Source: an uncultured Holophaga sp.
GTDB lineage: Bacteria; Acidobacteriota; Holophagae; Holophagales; Holophagaceae
Assembly (NCBI GenBank): GCA_963664825.1
Contig: OY761614.1
Coordinates: forward strand, 2,400,001-2,464,000
Direction of reading: 5' to 3'
Length of the DNA: 64,000 bases
A program made the position numbers and the translations under genes. Under the pieces are notes generated by a model that did not search any database, was not told the DNA's origin, and saw nothing but the letters and a program-made list of their open reading frames with translations. Positions 28,649 through 38,432 of this stretch are shown here, piece after piece; position 1 is the first letter of the stretch, and the number at the start of each line of letters is the position of its first letter.

Positions 28649-30514
28649 TCAGTTCAGTGTGAGCGACCGGGGCCTAGTCATGGCCTCGGGGCTGAGGAGT
28701 TCTTCCATCTGGGCTTCGGTCAGCCAACCCTTGGCGCGGATGATCTCGCGAACAGGCACGCCGGTGGCCAGGGCTTCCTGGGCCACTTCCGTGGCGCGCT
28801 TGTAGCCCAGGGCGGGCATGACGGCCGTCACGATGCCGATGGAGTGTTCCACCAGGTCCCGGCAGCGCTCCGCATTGGCGGTGATGCCAACGATGCATTT
28901 GCTGGTGAGGACGTTTACCGCTGAGGTGAGCATCTGCAAGGATTGGAAGAGATTGAAAGCCAGGATGGGCTCCATGACGTTGAGCTGGAGCTGGCCGGCC
29001 TCGGCGGCGAGGGTGAGGGTCAGATCGTTGCCGATGACATGGAAGGCCACCTGGTTGACGACCTCGGGCACGACCGGATTCACCTTGCCGGGCATGATGC
29101 TGCTGCCGGGCTGCATGGGCGGCAGGTTGATCTCCTGGAAGCCGCATCTGGGCCCGCTGGAGAGCAAACGCAGATCGTTGCACATCTTGGAGAGTTTCAC
29201 GGCCGCGCGCTTGACCACGCCGCTGAACATGACAAAGGCGCCGGTATCGGGGGTGGCCTCGATGAGGTTCCCGGCCAACTGGATGAAGAGCCCCGTGATG
29301 CCCCGCAGTTCCTCCACCACCGCCTTGGGGTAGCGCGGATCGGCGCAGATGCCCGTGCCGATGGCGGTGCCGCCCATGTTCACTTCCAGGAAGAGGCGGG
29401 CGGTTTCCCGCAGGCGGTCGATGTCTTCGCCCGTAGTCACGGCGAAGGCCTCGAATTCCTGGCCCAGGGTCATGGGCACGGCGTCCTGGAGCTGGGTGCG
29501 GCCCATCTTGATCACGTCCTTGAATTCGATCCCCTTGGCATGCAGGGCGGCCTTCAGCTTGTCCAGGGCGGCCAGCAGGCCGTTCAGCATGAAGATGGTG
29601 GCCAGGCGCACGGCGGTGGGATAGACATCGTTGGTGCTCTGGCCCAGGTTCACGTGATCGTTGGGATGGCAGGCCGCGTAGTCGCCCCGGGCCCGGCCCA
29701 TGAGCTCGAGGGCGCGGTTGGCGATGACCTCGTTGGCGTTCATGTTGGTGGAGGTGCCTGCGCCGCCCTGCACCATGTCCACCAGGAAATGGCCATGCCA
29801 GTGGCCGTTGATGATCTCCTGGCAGGCCTGGTCGATGGCGCCGGCCTGGGCGGGTTCCAGCAGATCCAGGCTGGCGTTGGCCCGGGCCGCGGCCTGCTTG
29901 ACCATGGCGAGGGCGCGCACCAGGGCGGGGAAGTGGGAGAGCGGAATGCCCGTGATGGGGAAGTTCTCCATGGCGCGCAGGGTCTGGACGCCGAAGAGGG
30001 CATCCACCGGCACTTCCGCGTCCCCCAGCAGATCGTGCTCGGGGCGCGTGGCGCCGGAGGCGTAGCCCTGTTCCCGACCCATGCGGCTGGAAGCGGCGTA
30101 GAGCAGACGGCGGTTCATCACCAGGGCCACGCGGCTCAGCAGCTCCACGGCCGCCTGGCCATCGGCCGCAAGCTGCTCCAGGGTGGCGGCGCGGTCGAAT
30201 TCGAGGACCACGGCATGGCCCAGGGGCTGGGCCGAGGTCGTGTGCTGGCTGGCATGGAGGAAGGCGCCTTCGCCGGCCACATCACCGGCCCCCAGCACAC
30301 TGAGGCGCTCCGGGCCGTCGCCGGCATCCTTGACGATCTCCACCTGCCCCTGGAGGAGGAGGTAGCAGGCATGGCGCGGCTGGCCTTGGCGGAAGAGGAA
30401 GGTGCCCGGGGCCACCTCCCTGCGCACGCCGATGGGGGCGAGTCGCGCCAGCGTCGTATCCGAGAGTCCCCCGAAGAGTTCCGAAGAACGAAGAATCGAG
30501 TCGATCTCACCCAT
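28649..30514 (-). CDS. aspA: Aspartate ammonia-lyase with N-terminal cyclic-nucleotide-binding domain
   Basis: Residues about 1-145 are a cNMP-type domain (LFRQGQ, GQVEI, AGEGA). Then QGGAGTSTNMNANEV, QSTND, KMGRTQLQDA, GSSIMPGKVNPV. GGAGG SD. One continuous frame. Confidence 0.9.
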   Translation of the reverse strand: MGEIDSILRSSELFGGLSDTTLARLAPIGVRREVAPGTFLFRQGQPRHACYLLLQGQVEIVKDAGDGPERLSVLGAGDVAGEGAFLHASQHTTSAQPLGHAVVLEFDRAATLEQLAADGQAAVELLSRVALVMNRRLLYAASSRMGREQGYASGATRPEHDLLGDAEVPVDALFGVQTLRAMENFPITGIPLSHFPALVRALAMVKQAAARANASLDLLEPAQAGAIDQACQEIINGHWHGHFLVDMVQGGAGTSTNMNANEVIANRALELMGRARGDYAACHPNDHVNLGQSTNDVYPTAVRLATIFMLNGLLAALDKLKAALHAKGIEFKDVIKMGRTQLQDAVPMTLGQEFEAFAVTTGEDIDRLRETARLFLEVNMGGTAIGTGICADPRYPKAVVEELRGITGLFIQLAGNLIEATPDTGAFVMFSGVVKRAAVKLSKMCNDLRLLSSGPRCGFQEINLPPMQPGSSIMPGKVNPVVPEVVNQVAFHVIGNDLTLTLAAEAGQLQLNVMEPILAFNLFQSLQMLTSAVNVLTSKCIVGITANAERCRDLVEHSIGIVTAVMPALGYKRATEVAQEALATGVPVREIIRAKGWLTEAQMEELLSPEAMTRPRSLTLN

Positions 30515-30675
30515 GGCGCACCTCCAAGACCGCTGAATCTATTGCGATCACGCGTCAACTCTATCGAATGGAGCCGATCCGGTTGTCACGATAAGGTTGC
30601 GCCGGATAAAGGGGAAGAGGAAGTGTGGCGCGGTCCCTGCGGCTCCAAGGTGCTTGTTCCTGCGAAGGGTAGGCG

Positions 30676-30709
30676 AAGGCGCCCCTCGGCACGAGCCTTG
30701 GGGCGCCTT
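30676..30709 (-). terminator. Hairpin downstream of tRNA-Arg
   Basis: AAGGCGCCCC...GGGGCGCCTT 10-bp inverted repeat immediately 3' of the tRNA. Weak U-tract. Confidence 0.55.
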
Positions 30710-30710
30710 A

Positions 30711-30787
30711 TGGTGATCCCGGTGCGATTCGAACGCACGACCTACGCCTTAGGAGGGCGTCGCTCTATCCATCTGAGCTACGGGATC
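30711..30787 (-). tRNA. tRNA-Arg(CCT)
   Basis: Reverse complement GATCCCGTAGCTCAGATGGATAGAGCG-ACGCC-CTCCTAA-GGCGT-AGGTCGTGCGTTCGAATCGCAC-CGGGATC-A-CCA. Confidence 0.97.
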
Positions 30788-30822
30788 GGTGGAACATTCA
30801 ATTCTGCCATGAGGGCAGGGGT

Positions 30823-32433
30823 TCAGGCCATCTTCGCCTGGAATTCGGCATAGGGGCCCTGGAAATCCTCGATGCCCTTGTCGTCGAAGTGCCAGATGCG
30901 GGTGGCCACTTCGTCGAGGAGATCCTCGTCGTGGGTGACCAGCAGCACGGTGCCGTCGTAGTTCTGCAGGGCCGTATTGAGGGCTATGACAGCCTCCAGG
31001 TCCAGGTGGTTGGTGGGCTCATCCAGCACCAGGATGTTGGGCTTCTGGAGCATGAGCTTGGAGAACATCAGGCGGCAGGCCTCGCCGCCGCTGAGGACTT
31101 CGGTCTTCTTCATGCCCTCCTCGCCCCGGAAGAGCATCTGGCCCAGCACGGCGCGGATCTCTTCCACCAGAGCTTCAGGATCGAATTGTCGCAGCCAGTC
31201 CACCAGGGTCCAGCCGCCGGGGATGGATTCCCGGAAATCCTGGGCGAAGTAGCCGACGCTGGCCTCGTGGCCCCATCTCACCTCGCCGGAATCGATGCCG
31301 CGATCGATCTCGGTGACCTGGGGCGCATTGGTCAGCAGGGCCTTCAGGAGGGTGGATTTGCCCGCGCCGTTGCGGCCGATGATGCCGATGCGCTCCCCTC
31401 GGGAGATATTGGCGCTGAAATCCCGGATCACCTCCATGCGCGCCCCCTTCACGTCGTAGCTCATGGAGACATGCTCGAATTCCAGGGCGTGGCGGCCGCT
31501 GGGGCGCTTCTGGTCGAACTTGATGAAGGGGCGGGCGATGTTGCTGCGGGAGAGTTCGCCGGGGGCCAGGCGTTCCACCTCCTTGCGCCGGGAGTTCACC
31601 TGGCTCGAGCGGGTGCCCGCCGCGAAGCGCTGGATGAATTCGTTGAGCTGGGCGATCTTCTTTTCCCGCTGGGCGTTCTCGGACTCCAGGTGGCTGCGGA
31701 TTTGCGTCTTCTGCATCACCATGTCGTCGTAGCCGCCGGTGTACTGGATGATGGTCTGGTAGTCGATATCGGCGATGTGGGTGCAGACGCCGTTCAGGAA
31801 GTGGCGATCATGGCTGATGACGATGACGCTTCCATCGTAGCGGTTGAGGAAGTTCTCCAGCCAGTGGATGGAGTCCAGATCCAGATGGTTGGTGGGCTCG
31901 TCGAGCAGGAGCGCCTCAGGGTGGCCGAAGAGGGCCTGGGCCAGCAGCACGCGCATCTTCTGGCCGCCCTGCATCTCGCTCATCTGCCGCTCGTGGAGCT
32001 CCTCCGGGATATCCAGACCGTCCAGCAGTACGGCCGCATCGCTCTCGGCGGTGTAGCCGTCCTCGTCGGCCACGATGCCCTCCAGTTCGGCCACGCGCAT
32101 GCCGTCCTCGTCGGTCATCTCGGCCTTTTCGTAGATGGCGTCGCGCTCCTGGAGGGCCTTCCAGAGGCCCTTGTTGCCCATGATCACGGTATCGATGACG
32201 CGGAACTGGTCGAAGGCGAACTGGTCCTGGCTCAGGACACCCATCTTCCGGGGGCGCTGGAGGGTCCCTGTGTGTGCCTCGATCTCACCGGTGAGCACCT
32301 TCACGAGGGTGGATTTGCCGCTGCCGTTGGGGCCCGTGAGCCCATAGCGGCGCCCCGGTGGAAAGCTAGTGGTCACATCCTCGAAGAGAATCTTCGAGCC
32401 AAAGCGCATGGTCACGTTCTGTACTGCCAGCAT
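30823..32433 (-). CDS. ABC-F family ATPase (YbiT-like)
   Basis: Two ABC cassettes (GPNGSGKST, LLLDEPTNHLD; GRNGAGKST, LSGGE, LVLDEPTNHLD), no TM segments. Start MLAVQNV at 32433 after GGGGGA. Confidence 0.93.
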   Translation of the reverse strand: MLAVQNVTMRFGSKILFEDVTTSFPPGRRYGLTGPNGSGKSTLVKVLTGEIEAHTGTLQRPRKMGVLSQDQFAFDQFRVIDTVIMGNKGLWKALQERDAIYEKAEMTDEDGMRVAELEGIVADEDGYTAESDAAVLLDGLDIPEELHERQMSEMQGGQKMRVLLAQALFGHPEALLLDEPTNHLDLDSIHWLENFLNRYDGSVIVISHDRHFLNGVCTHIADIDYQTIIQYTGGYDDMVMQKTQIRSHLESENAQREKKIAQLNEFIQRFAAGTRSSQVNSRRKEVERLAPGELSRSNIARPFIKFDQKRPSGRHALEFEHVSMSYDVKGARMEVIRDFSANISRGERIGIIGRNGAGKSTLLKALLTNAPQVTEIDRGIDSGEVRWGHEASVGYFAQDFRESIPGGWTLVDWLRQFDPEALVEEIRAVLGQMLFRGEEGMKKTEVLSGGEACRLMFSKLMLQKPNILVLDEPTNHLDLEAVIALNTALQNYDGTVLLVTHDEDLLDEVATRIWHFDDKGIEDFQGPYAEFQAKMA

Positions 32434-32541
32434 CAATCCCCCCGAACCTTCCATTCTAACGGCTGTCTGGCCCTTTCCCGAGTCCGGATTTTGGGAAGGG
32501 CCCCGGAGGGCGGGATAGGATGGTAGTTCAGCCGACCCCCC

Positions 32542-33999
32542 ATGAATGCCCCCTCTCCTACCATCGGTCGTTATGAAATCCTCCGCGTGCTCGGGCGCGG
32601 CGCCATGGGGGTGGTCTATCTGGCGCGGGATCCCCTGCTGAAGCGCCAGGTGGCCGTGAAGATCGTCCATGGCCTCTCGGAGGATCGGGGCACGCTGCTG
32701 CTGCGCTTCCAGCGGGAGGCGGAAATCAGCGCCCGGCTCAATCATCCGAATATCGTCACCATCTTCGATGTGGGCGAGGATCCCTATGTGGGCCCCTTCA
32801 TGGCCATGGAATTCGTGGATGGGCCTCTGCTCTCTCGGCTGGCGAAGGACCAACTGGACACCGAAAGCCTCCTCCAGTTGCTCATCCAGGCCGCCTCGGC
32901 CCTCAAGGCCGCCGGGGACGCCGGGATCGCCCACCGGGACGTGAAGCCCGACAACATGATCGTGAACCCCGAGGGCCGCCTGAAACTGATGGATTTCGGC
33001 ATCGCCCGGGGTGAGGAATCGCGCCTGACCCAGGCGGGAATCATTTTCGGGACGCCCTCCTATACGGCTCCCGAGCTGCTGGTGGGTGGCGAGGCCTCCC
33101 CCGCCTCGGATCGCTGGGCCTTCACGGTGACGGCCTTCGAGATGGTCACGGGAACGCTGCCCTTTCGCGGCACCAACGTGGGGGCCACACTCTATTCCAT
33201 CGTCCACCAAGGGCCCTGCATACCTCCGGGATACTCCCCGGCCTTCCGAGAGGTCTTCCAGCGGGCCTTTGCCAAGTCTCCCGCCGAGCGCCATCCGGGC
33301 CTGGAACTCTTCCTCCACGAATTGCTGGGGGCCCTGGATATCCGGGAGGCGGCCAGGGAGCATCTCCATGCCCTCGTCTCGGGGGATCTTCCCCTGGCCT
33401 GGACCCGCCCCTTCCAGGCACCGCACTCCGGGACGCCCCCGCCAGGCATGGCGCCCCTGCCTCTGGAATTAGGACCTCCCTCTGCTCGGAGACCCTGGTT
33501 CCGCAGGCCCTGGGGGCTGGGGCTATTGGCCCTTTCGGCCCTGGCGGCCTGTGTCCTGCTGGTGCTAGGGGTCTACCCCAAGGAACCCTGGACACTGGAT
33601 GTCGCCACCTCGCCGCCCAGTGCCGATCTGCTGGTGGACGGCCGGTACATGGGCCAGGCGCCCATGCGGGTTTCGCTAGCCAGAGGGCGGAATCACATCG
33701 TGCGTGTGGAACGGGAGGGCTTCGAACCTATCTCTCGCGAAGTCCATCCCAACGAATGGAGCCTCCAATTCGTCCTGAAGCGCACGCCCTATCCCATCGC
33801 CGTGATCACGGACCCGCCCGGGGCCGAGGTATTTCTCGATGGTCAGGCCGTGGGGATCACGCCGCTCCGGGCCCTGGCCGTGCCCCGGGAGGGTGTCCAC
33901 GAACTCCGGATCCGCAAGCAGGGCTATCAGGAGTGGTACGCCCTGCTGGAGAAGGACGCGCCCTTTCCAGCCATCGTGCGCCTCAGCCCGGGCCGCTAA
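32542..33999 (+). CDS. Membrane Hanks-type Ser/Thr kinase with two PEGA domains
   Basis: LGRGAMGVVY, VAVK, HRDVKPDN, DFG, YTAPE, TM helix, two PPxAxxxxDG PEGA-like repeats. Confidence 0.92.
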   Translation: MNAPSPTIGRYEILRVLGRGAMGVVYLARDPLLKRQVAVKIVHGLSEDRGTLLLRFQREAEISARLNHPNIVTIFDVGEDPYVGPFMAMEFVDGPLLSRLAKDQLDTESLLQLLIQAASALKAAGDAGIAHRDVKPDNMIVNPEGRLKLMDFGIARGEESRLTQAGIIFGTPSYTAPELLVGGEASPASDRWAFTVTAFEMVTGTLPFRGTNVGATLYSIVHQGPCIPPGYSPAFREVFQRAFAKSPAERHPGLELFLHELLGALDIREAAREHLHALVSGDLPLAWTRPFQAPHSGTPPPGMAPLPLELGPPSARRPWFRRPWGLGLLALSALAACVLLVLGVYPKEPWTLDVATSPPSADLLVDGRYMGQAPMRVSLARGRNHIVRVEREGFEPISREVHPNEWSLQFVLKRTPYPIAVITDPPGAEVFLDGQAVGITPLRALAVPREGVHELRIRKQGYQEWYALLEKDAPFPAIVRLSPGR

Positions 34000-34844
34000 T
34001 CCACCAGGAAGGAAACCTCGTCGAAGCCTGCCGCGGCCTCCTCCCAGCCCATGCCCCGGCATCCGAAGCGGCCGATGGTGCGCAGACCCAGCTTTTTCGC
34101 GCGGCGGGCCACGACCCAGGGCAGCTTGCCCTCCAGGGTGCTGGCGTCGAGCCTGCCTTCGCCGGTGATGACGGCCTCGCAGCCTTGGCAGCGCCCCTCG
34201 AAATCCAGGGCGTTGAGTATGGATTCGGCGCCATCCACGAGCAGGGCCCCAAGGGATCGCAGTTTCGCCCCCAGTCCGCCCGCGGCCCCCGTGCGGGGAC
34301 CTCGGGGCAGGCCCAGGGAGAGCAGGCGCTCCGTGAGATACGGGATGTCTTCAGGGCGGGCGCCCTTCTGGGGGCCGAAGATCCGCGCCGCCTCGCCCAG
34401 TTCGGTGATCACGTCGCAGAAGGCCGTTGTGGGTGGCAGGGGGAATTCCGGCCAGTCCCGGCCGCCATCCACCGTGGCGCTGCCTCCCAGGCCCAGCCAG
34501 ATCCCGGGAGCTCCCCGGAGATCGGCCAGCAGCTGTCCAAGGCCCCGGCTGCTGGCACGCAGGGGATCCGGATGCTCCAGGCCCGCTAGGCCGATGACAC
34601 GGGCGCATTCCACCGCGATTTGCCCATCGGGCAAATGCAACACCTGCACGGGCCGGATCCGGCCGAAGGGATCGGCGGCCCAATGGTCCCGGAACCGGCC
34701 GCCCAGGGCGTGGTGCAGGCATTCCAGGAATCCGTCACCGCCGTCCGAGAGGGGCAGCAGGCTATCCCCGGGAGAGGCTAGGAATCGCGCCGCCTCCAGG
34801 GGGGACAGAGTGCCCTTGAAGGCCGTAGGAGCGACGAGCCTCAC
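33996..34844 (-). CDS. Glycerate kinase (GlxK family, compact form)
   Basis: APTAFKGTL, PLSDGGDG, GLGGSATVDGG, FGPQKGA, GAAGGLG, ITGEGRLD. GTGA overlap with the upstream gene. Confidence 0.85.
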   Translation of the reverse strand: MRLVAPTAFKGTLSPLEAARFLASPGDSLLPLSDGGDGFLECLHHALGGRFRDHWAADPFGRIRPVQVLHLPDGQIAVECARVIGLAGLEHPDPLRASSRGLGQLLADLRGAPGIWLGLGGSATVDGGRDWPEFPLPPTTAFCDVITELGEAARIFGPQKGARPEDIPYLTERLLSLGLPRGPRTGAAGGLGAKLRSLGALLVDGAESILNALDFEGRCQGCEAVITGEGRLDASTLEGKLPWVVARRAKKLGLRTIGRFGCRGMGWEEAAAGFDEVSFLVD

Positions 34845-35302
34845 GGTGCTTTGCGCAGACTGCTGGCGGCCAGGATTTGCCCAGCCAGCAGCAGCATGCC
34901 CAGGTCCCGCAGGATATCCCAGCCCATGTCCTGGAGGCGTTCCCCGTCGCTGCGGATGGAGGCCTGGGTGCTGAAACAACCGCAGTCCACGGGATGGCGG
35001 CGGGCCAGGTTGATGGACAGGGCGAGGATGAAACCCAGCAGCAGGGCCGCGATGAAGGCCGCCGCCGCCCTTCTCCAGAACCCCATCACCAGGGCCGCGC
35101 CGCACAGGAACTCGAACCAGGGCACCACCAGCGCCAGGGGGTGGATGGACCATCCGGGGAAGAGGCGATAGGCCCAGAGTGCCTTTGCGAAGCCCGGCGG
35201 GTCCAGGAGCTTGGCCAGGGCTGCGGCGATGAAGAGGCCACCCAGGGCCAGTTGGCAGAGAACCCGTAGCCGGGGGTGGAAGAACAGGGCAGGCAATCTC
35301 AT
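34841..35302 (-). CDS. MauE/DoxX-family membrane protein
   Basis: LGGLFIAAALAKL, VPWFEFLCG, DCGCF, ILRD. Confidence 0.88.
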   Translation of the reverse strand: MRLPALFFHPRLRVLCQLALGGLFIAAALAKLLDPPGFAKALWAYRLFPGWSIHPLALVVPWFEFLCGAALVMGFWRRAAAAFIAALLLGFILALSINLARRHPVDCGCFSTQASIRSDGERLQDMGWDILRDLGMLLLAGQILAASSLRKAP

Positions 35303-35919
35303 CAAGAGGCCCCCTTGGTGATGGGCAGCTTCTGGGCGATCCAGTCCGGATAGCCCTCTCGGTAGATGAGCAGATTGCGATAGCCCATCTGGAAGAGCCT
35401 GGAGGCCAGCAGGTGGGAATCCTCGCAGCTGCCGCCGCTGCAATAGAGCACCAGGGCTCCTTCTGGGGGGCGGTTCGTCTTGGCCTCGAATTCGATCAGG
35501 CGCTCTTCCAGGGCGCTCTCCCAAATCGGCAGACTCCAGGCGCCCTGGATGTGGCCCAGCTCATACTCCGCGCTGCGCCGGGCGTCCAGGAAGGGCACGC
35601 CGCCCCTGAATGCCTCCTTCGCTTCCTTGGAACTGATCTCACGAATGGGCTGGGCAGGGCGGGGCGGTGTGGGAATGGGCTGAGAGGCGGTTTGGGGACC
35701 TGGCCTGGGAGTGGCCGTGAGGCCGGACTTGGGGGCTGGGAGGGCAGGCTGTGTGGCCTCCTGGAGCTGGGTCGGCACGGGCACAGCCGCGGGGGGCGGT
35801 GCCGCAGTCCAGGCCAGATGTCGCGCCGGGTGGGCCAGGCCATTGGAGACCAGCGCACATATCGCGGCCGCCCCCAGGAGGGCCGCGGCTTGGAACGCGA
35901 TGGAGGCCGGGATTCGCAT
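35302..35919 (-). CDS. Membrane-anchored rhodanese-like protein
   Basis: N-terminal TM segment, Pro-rich linker, LDARR, GHIQGA, YCSGGSCEDS, GYPDW. Confidence 0.87.
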   Translation of the reverse strand: MRIPASIAFQAAALLGAAAICALVSNGLAHPARHLAWTAAPPPAAVPVPTQLQEATQPALPAPKSGLTATPRPGPQTASQPIPTPPRPAQPIREISSKEAKEAFRGGVPFLDARRSAEYELGHIQGAWSLPIWESALEERLIEFEAKTNRPPEGALVLYCSGGSCEDSHLLASRLFQMGYRNLLIYREGYPDWIAQKLPITKGAS

Positions 35920-36006
35920 GGCTAAAGTGTGGCAGAGCGGCGCCTCGAAACCAGGGCGTTTCCGCCCCGAGGAGCTTCCGCTCGCCCTTTCCTGCCGAAC
36001 CCAAGC

Positions 36007-36034
36007 TGGACATTCCTCCTGAAGCTGGTATGCT
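36007..36034 (+). promoter_or_regulatory. Sigma70-type promoter of tRNA-Val/efp
   Basis: TGGACA-16 nt-TATGCT with extended TG, 10 nt upstream of the tRNA. Confidence 0.55.
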
Positions 36035-36044
36035 GAGGAGCCGC

Positions 36045-36119
36045 GGGCGTATAACTCAGCGGTAGAGTGCTATCTTCACACGGTAGAAGTCCCTGGTTCG
36101 AACCCAGGTACGCCCACCA
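36045..36119 (+). tRNA. tRNA-Val(CAC)
   Basis: GGGCGTA acceptor stem, anticodon arm CTATC-TTCACAC-GGTAG, GGTTCGAACCC T-arm, TACGCCC-A-CCA. Confidence 0.97.
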
Positions 36120-36165
36120 ATCAAGCCCCCCAGCACTCGGGGGCTTTCGCTTTGAAGGACCCACC

Positions 36166-36732
36166 ATGCCCTTTATCCTCGCAACCCAGGTCCGCGTCGG
36201 GATGATCATCAACTTCGAGAACGAGCTCTGCCGCGTCACCTACGTGGAGCACCAGACGCCGGGCAATCTGCCCGCCCGCATCCAGACCCGGATGAAGCGC
36301 CTCAAGGACGGCATCAACCGCGAGAACCGCTTCGGTTCCAGCGACAAGATCGACAAGGCCAGCCTCGAGCAGATCAAGATGGAATACCTGTATGAGGATG
36401 GGGGCAACCTGGTCTTCATGAACAACGAGACCTTCGAACAGACCGAACTGAGCAAGGACATCCTGGGCGACGATCTCCCCTTCCTGCACTCCAATATGGA
36501 AGTGGAGATCGAGTTCTACGAAGGAGCTCCCCTCTCCGTGGCTCTTCCCGTCAGCGTGGTCCTCGAGATCGTAGACACCGAGCCTGTGATGAAGAACGCC
36601 AACGCCACCGGGTCCTACAAGCCCGCCAAGCTGGAGAATGGCATCACGGTGAACGTGCCGCCCTACATCGAAACCGGTGAGAAGGTCCGGGTGAACACCA
36701 CGGATCGCACCTACATGGAACGAGTCAAGTAA
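36166..36732 (+). CDS. efp: Elongation factor P (PGN-loop variant)
   Basis: EHQTPGNLP, EYLYED, FMNNETFEQ, KPAKLENG, VPPYIETGE. AAGGA SD. Confidence 0.93.
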   Translation: MPFILATQVRVGMIINFENELCRVTYVEHQTPGNLPARIQTRMKRLKDGINRENRFGSSDKIDKASLEQIKMEYLYEDGGNLVFMNNETFEQTELSKDILGDDLPFLHSNMEVEIEFYEGAPLSVALPVSVVLEIVDTEPVMKNANATGSYKPAKLENGITVNVPPYIETGEKVRVNTTDRTYMERVK

Positions 36733-36754
36733 CCCATCACCATCCATCAATATC

Positions 36755-36789
36755 GAAATCGACCCCGGGTAACCGGGGTTTCGTTTTTC
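36755..36789 (+). terminator. Probable terminator after efp
   Basis: ACCCCGG-gtaa-CCGGGGT stem followed by a T-rich tail. Confidence 0.7.
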
Positions 36790-36845
36790 AACCATTGATT
36801 CAGTACTGCCGAAAGAAACTCCGCTCCACCCAATAGGAGGGGACC

Positions 36846-38432
36846 ATGGCATTGACGGGGTTTCGGGATCGCCTGCGGAAACTGTCCGCCAAGATTGTGC
36901 TGCTGAGCTTGCTGCCTGTGGCGCTCTTCATGCTCCTCTTGGCCCTCTACCTCCTGCCGCGCCTCCGCGATTCCACTCTGGCCGCCAAGGAGGCGGGAGT
37001 GCGCAATGTGGTCGAGCTGGCCATGGGAATCCTGGAAAACCAGGAGATCGAAGTGAAGGCCGGGCGCCGCACCCCGGAATTCGCCCAGCAGAGAGCCAAG
37101 GAGCTGATCGCGGCCCTCCATTTCGATGGCACAAACTACATCTGGATCCAGTCCTCCGGGCCCATCATCGTGTCCCACCCCAATAGGGCTCTGGTGGGCA
37201 AGGGGACTGGCGCCTTGGAACCTGCCCTGGCCAAGGTCTTCAACGGCCTTGATGCCGTCGCCCAGGCTCCTCAGGGAGGGTTCTACCCCTATGAATGGCC
37301 GAAACCCGGAGACACCGAGCTTCAGCCCAAGATCTCATTCGCCAAACGCTTTCCACCCTGGGGCTGGATCCTGGGCGCCGGGGTCTACGTGGATGATGTG
37401 AATCGGGAAGTGCGAGGCGTCTTCTTTCGCCTAATGGTAGCCACGTTCCTCGTGTCCCTCCTGGTCTTCTTCCTGTCCTTGAAGCTGGCGGGCAGGATGG
37501 TGCGCCCCCTCCATCAACTGGTGACGGGCCTGAAGCGGAGCGATCTCGCTCACAGGATCGAAGTCTCCACCCAGGACGAGATCGCCGAGGCCGCTGAGGC
37601 CTTCAATGCCTACAACGGGAACCTGCGCAGCACCATCCTGGATGTGAGCGGCTTGGCGGATCGCGTGGCCTCCGGTAGCACCCAGCTCGCGGCTTCGGCG
37701 GGAGAGATGGCCAGAGCCGTGGAGGAGATCGCGCGGGTCAGCGAGGAACTCAAGGGCGCGGGAGATCAGGTGTCTTCCTCCATGCAGCAGCTCGGAACCA
37801 ATGTCAGTGCCATGGCCGATCGCAGCCGCCAGATGGGAACCCAGAGCACGGATGCCGTGAGGGATACGACTCGCGGCGCCGAAGCCGGTCAGGCTGCCGC
37901 CAAGGGTATGGAAGAGATCCAGCAGGCCACCTCTCAGATCGTGAAGGCCATTCAGGTGATCCAGGACATCGCCCGCCAGACCAATCTGCTCTCCCTCAAT
38001 GCCGCCATTGAGGCCGCCAAGGCGGGCCACCTGGGCAAGGGATTTGCGGTGGTGGCCGAGGAGATCCGCAAGCTGGCCGAACGCTCCCGTAGTTCCGCCC
38101 ATGAGATCGAACAGCTCACCCTCCACACCCAAGAGGCCGTGGCCGGAGGTGTGCAGGGTGTGGGCAGCAGCCTGGAAAACCTGGAAGCCATCCGATCCCG
38201 GATCCAGGCCATCGCCGGCAGCATCCAGGAGATCGGCCAGCTCAGCCATGAACAGGCCGATACCAGTGCCTCGGTCAATCAGCGCATGGACCAGACGAGC
38301 GCGCGCTTGTCCCAGAACGCTGCGGCCACCCAGGAATTGGCCGCGACCGTCCAGGAGATCTCACGGACCTCCGAGGACCTCGCCCATGTGGCCGAAGGCC
38401 TGCGAAACGTGGTGAAGGGCTTCAAACTTTAG
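36846..38432 (+). CDS. Methyl-accepting chemotaxis protein (Cache-2, HAMP)
   Basis: TM-Cache ([25 protein letters not shown])-TM-HAMP, then [33 protein letters not shown]. Confidence 0.95.
   Translation: MALTGFRDRLRKLSAKIVLLSLLPVALFMLLLALYLLPRLRDSTLAAKEAGVRNVVELAMGILENQEIEVKAGRRTPEFAQQRAKELIAALHFDGTNYIWIQSSGPIIVSHPNRALVGKGTGALEPALAKVFNGLDAVAQAPQGGFYPYEWPKPGDTELQPKISFAKRFPPWGWILGAGVYVDDVNREVRGVFFRLMVATFLVSLLVFFLSLKLAGRMVRPLHQLVTGLKRSDLAHRIEVSTQDEIAEAAEAFNAYNGNLRSTILDVSGLADRVASGSTQLAASAGEMARAVEEIARVSEELKGAGDQVSSSMQQLGTNVSAMADRSRQMGTQSTDAVRDTTRGAEAGQAAAKGMEEIQQATSQIVKAIQVIQDIARQTNLLSLNAAIEAAKAGHLGKGFAVVAEEIRKLAERSRSSAHEIEQLTLHTQEAVAGGVQGVGSSLENLEAIRSRIQAIAGSIQEIGQLSHEQADTSASVNQRMDQTSARLSQNAAATQELAATVQEISRTSEDLAHVAEGLRNVVKGFKL

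Noticed and set aside
30600..30790. tRNA-Arg or tRNA-Val as an integration site for an island
   Set aside because: No integrase, and I saw no duplicated tRNA 3' end in the window.
32434..33426. Apparent 867-aa ABC-F with N-terminal extension
   Set aside because: The extension is antisense to the Ser/Thr kinase. The ABC-F begins at MLAVQNV (32433).
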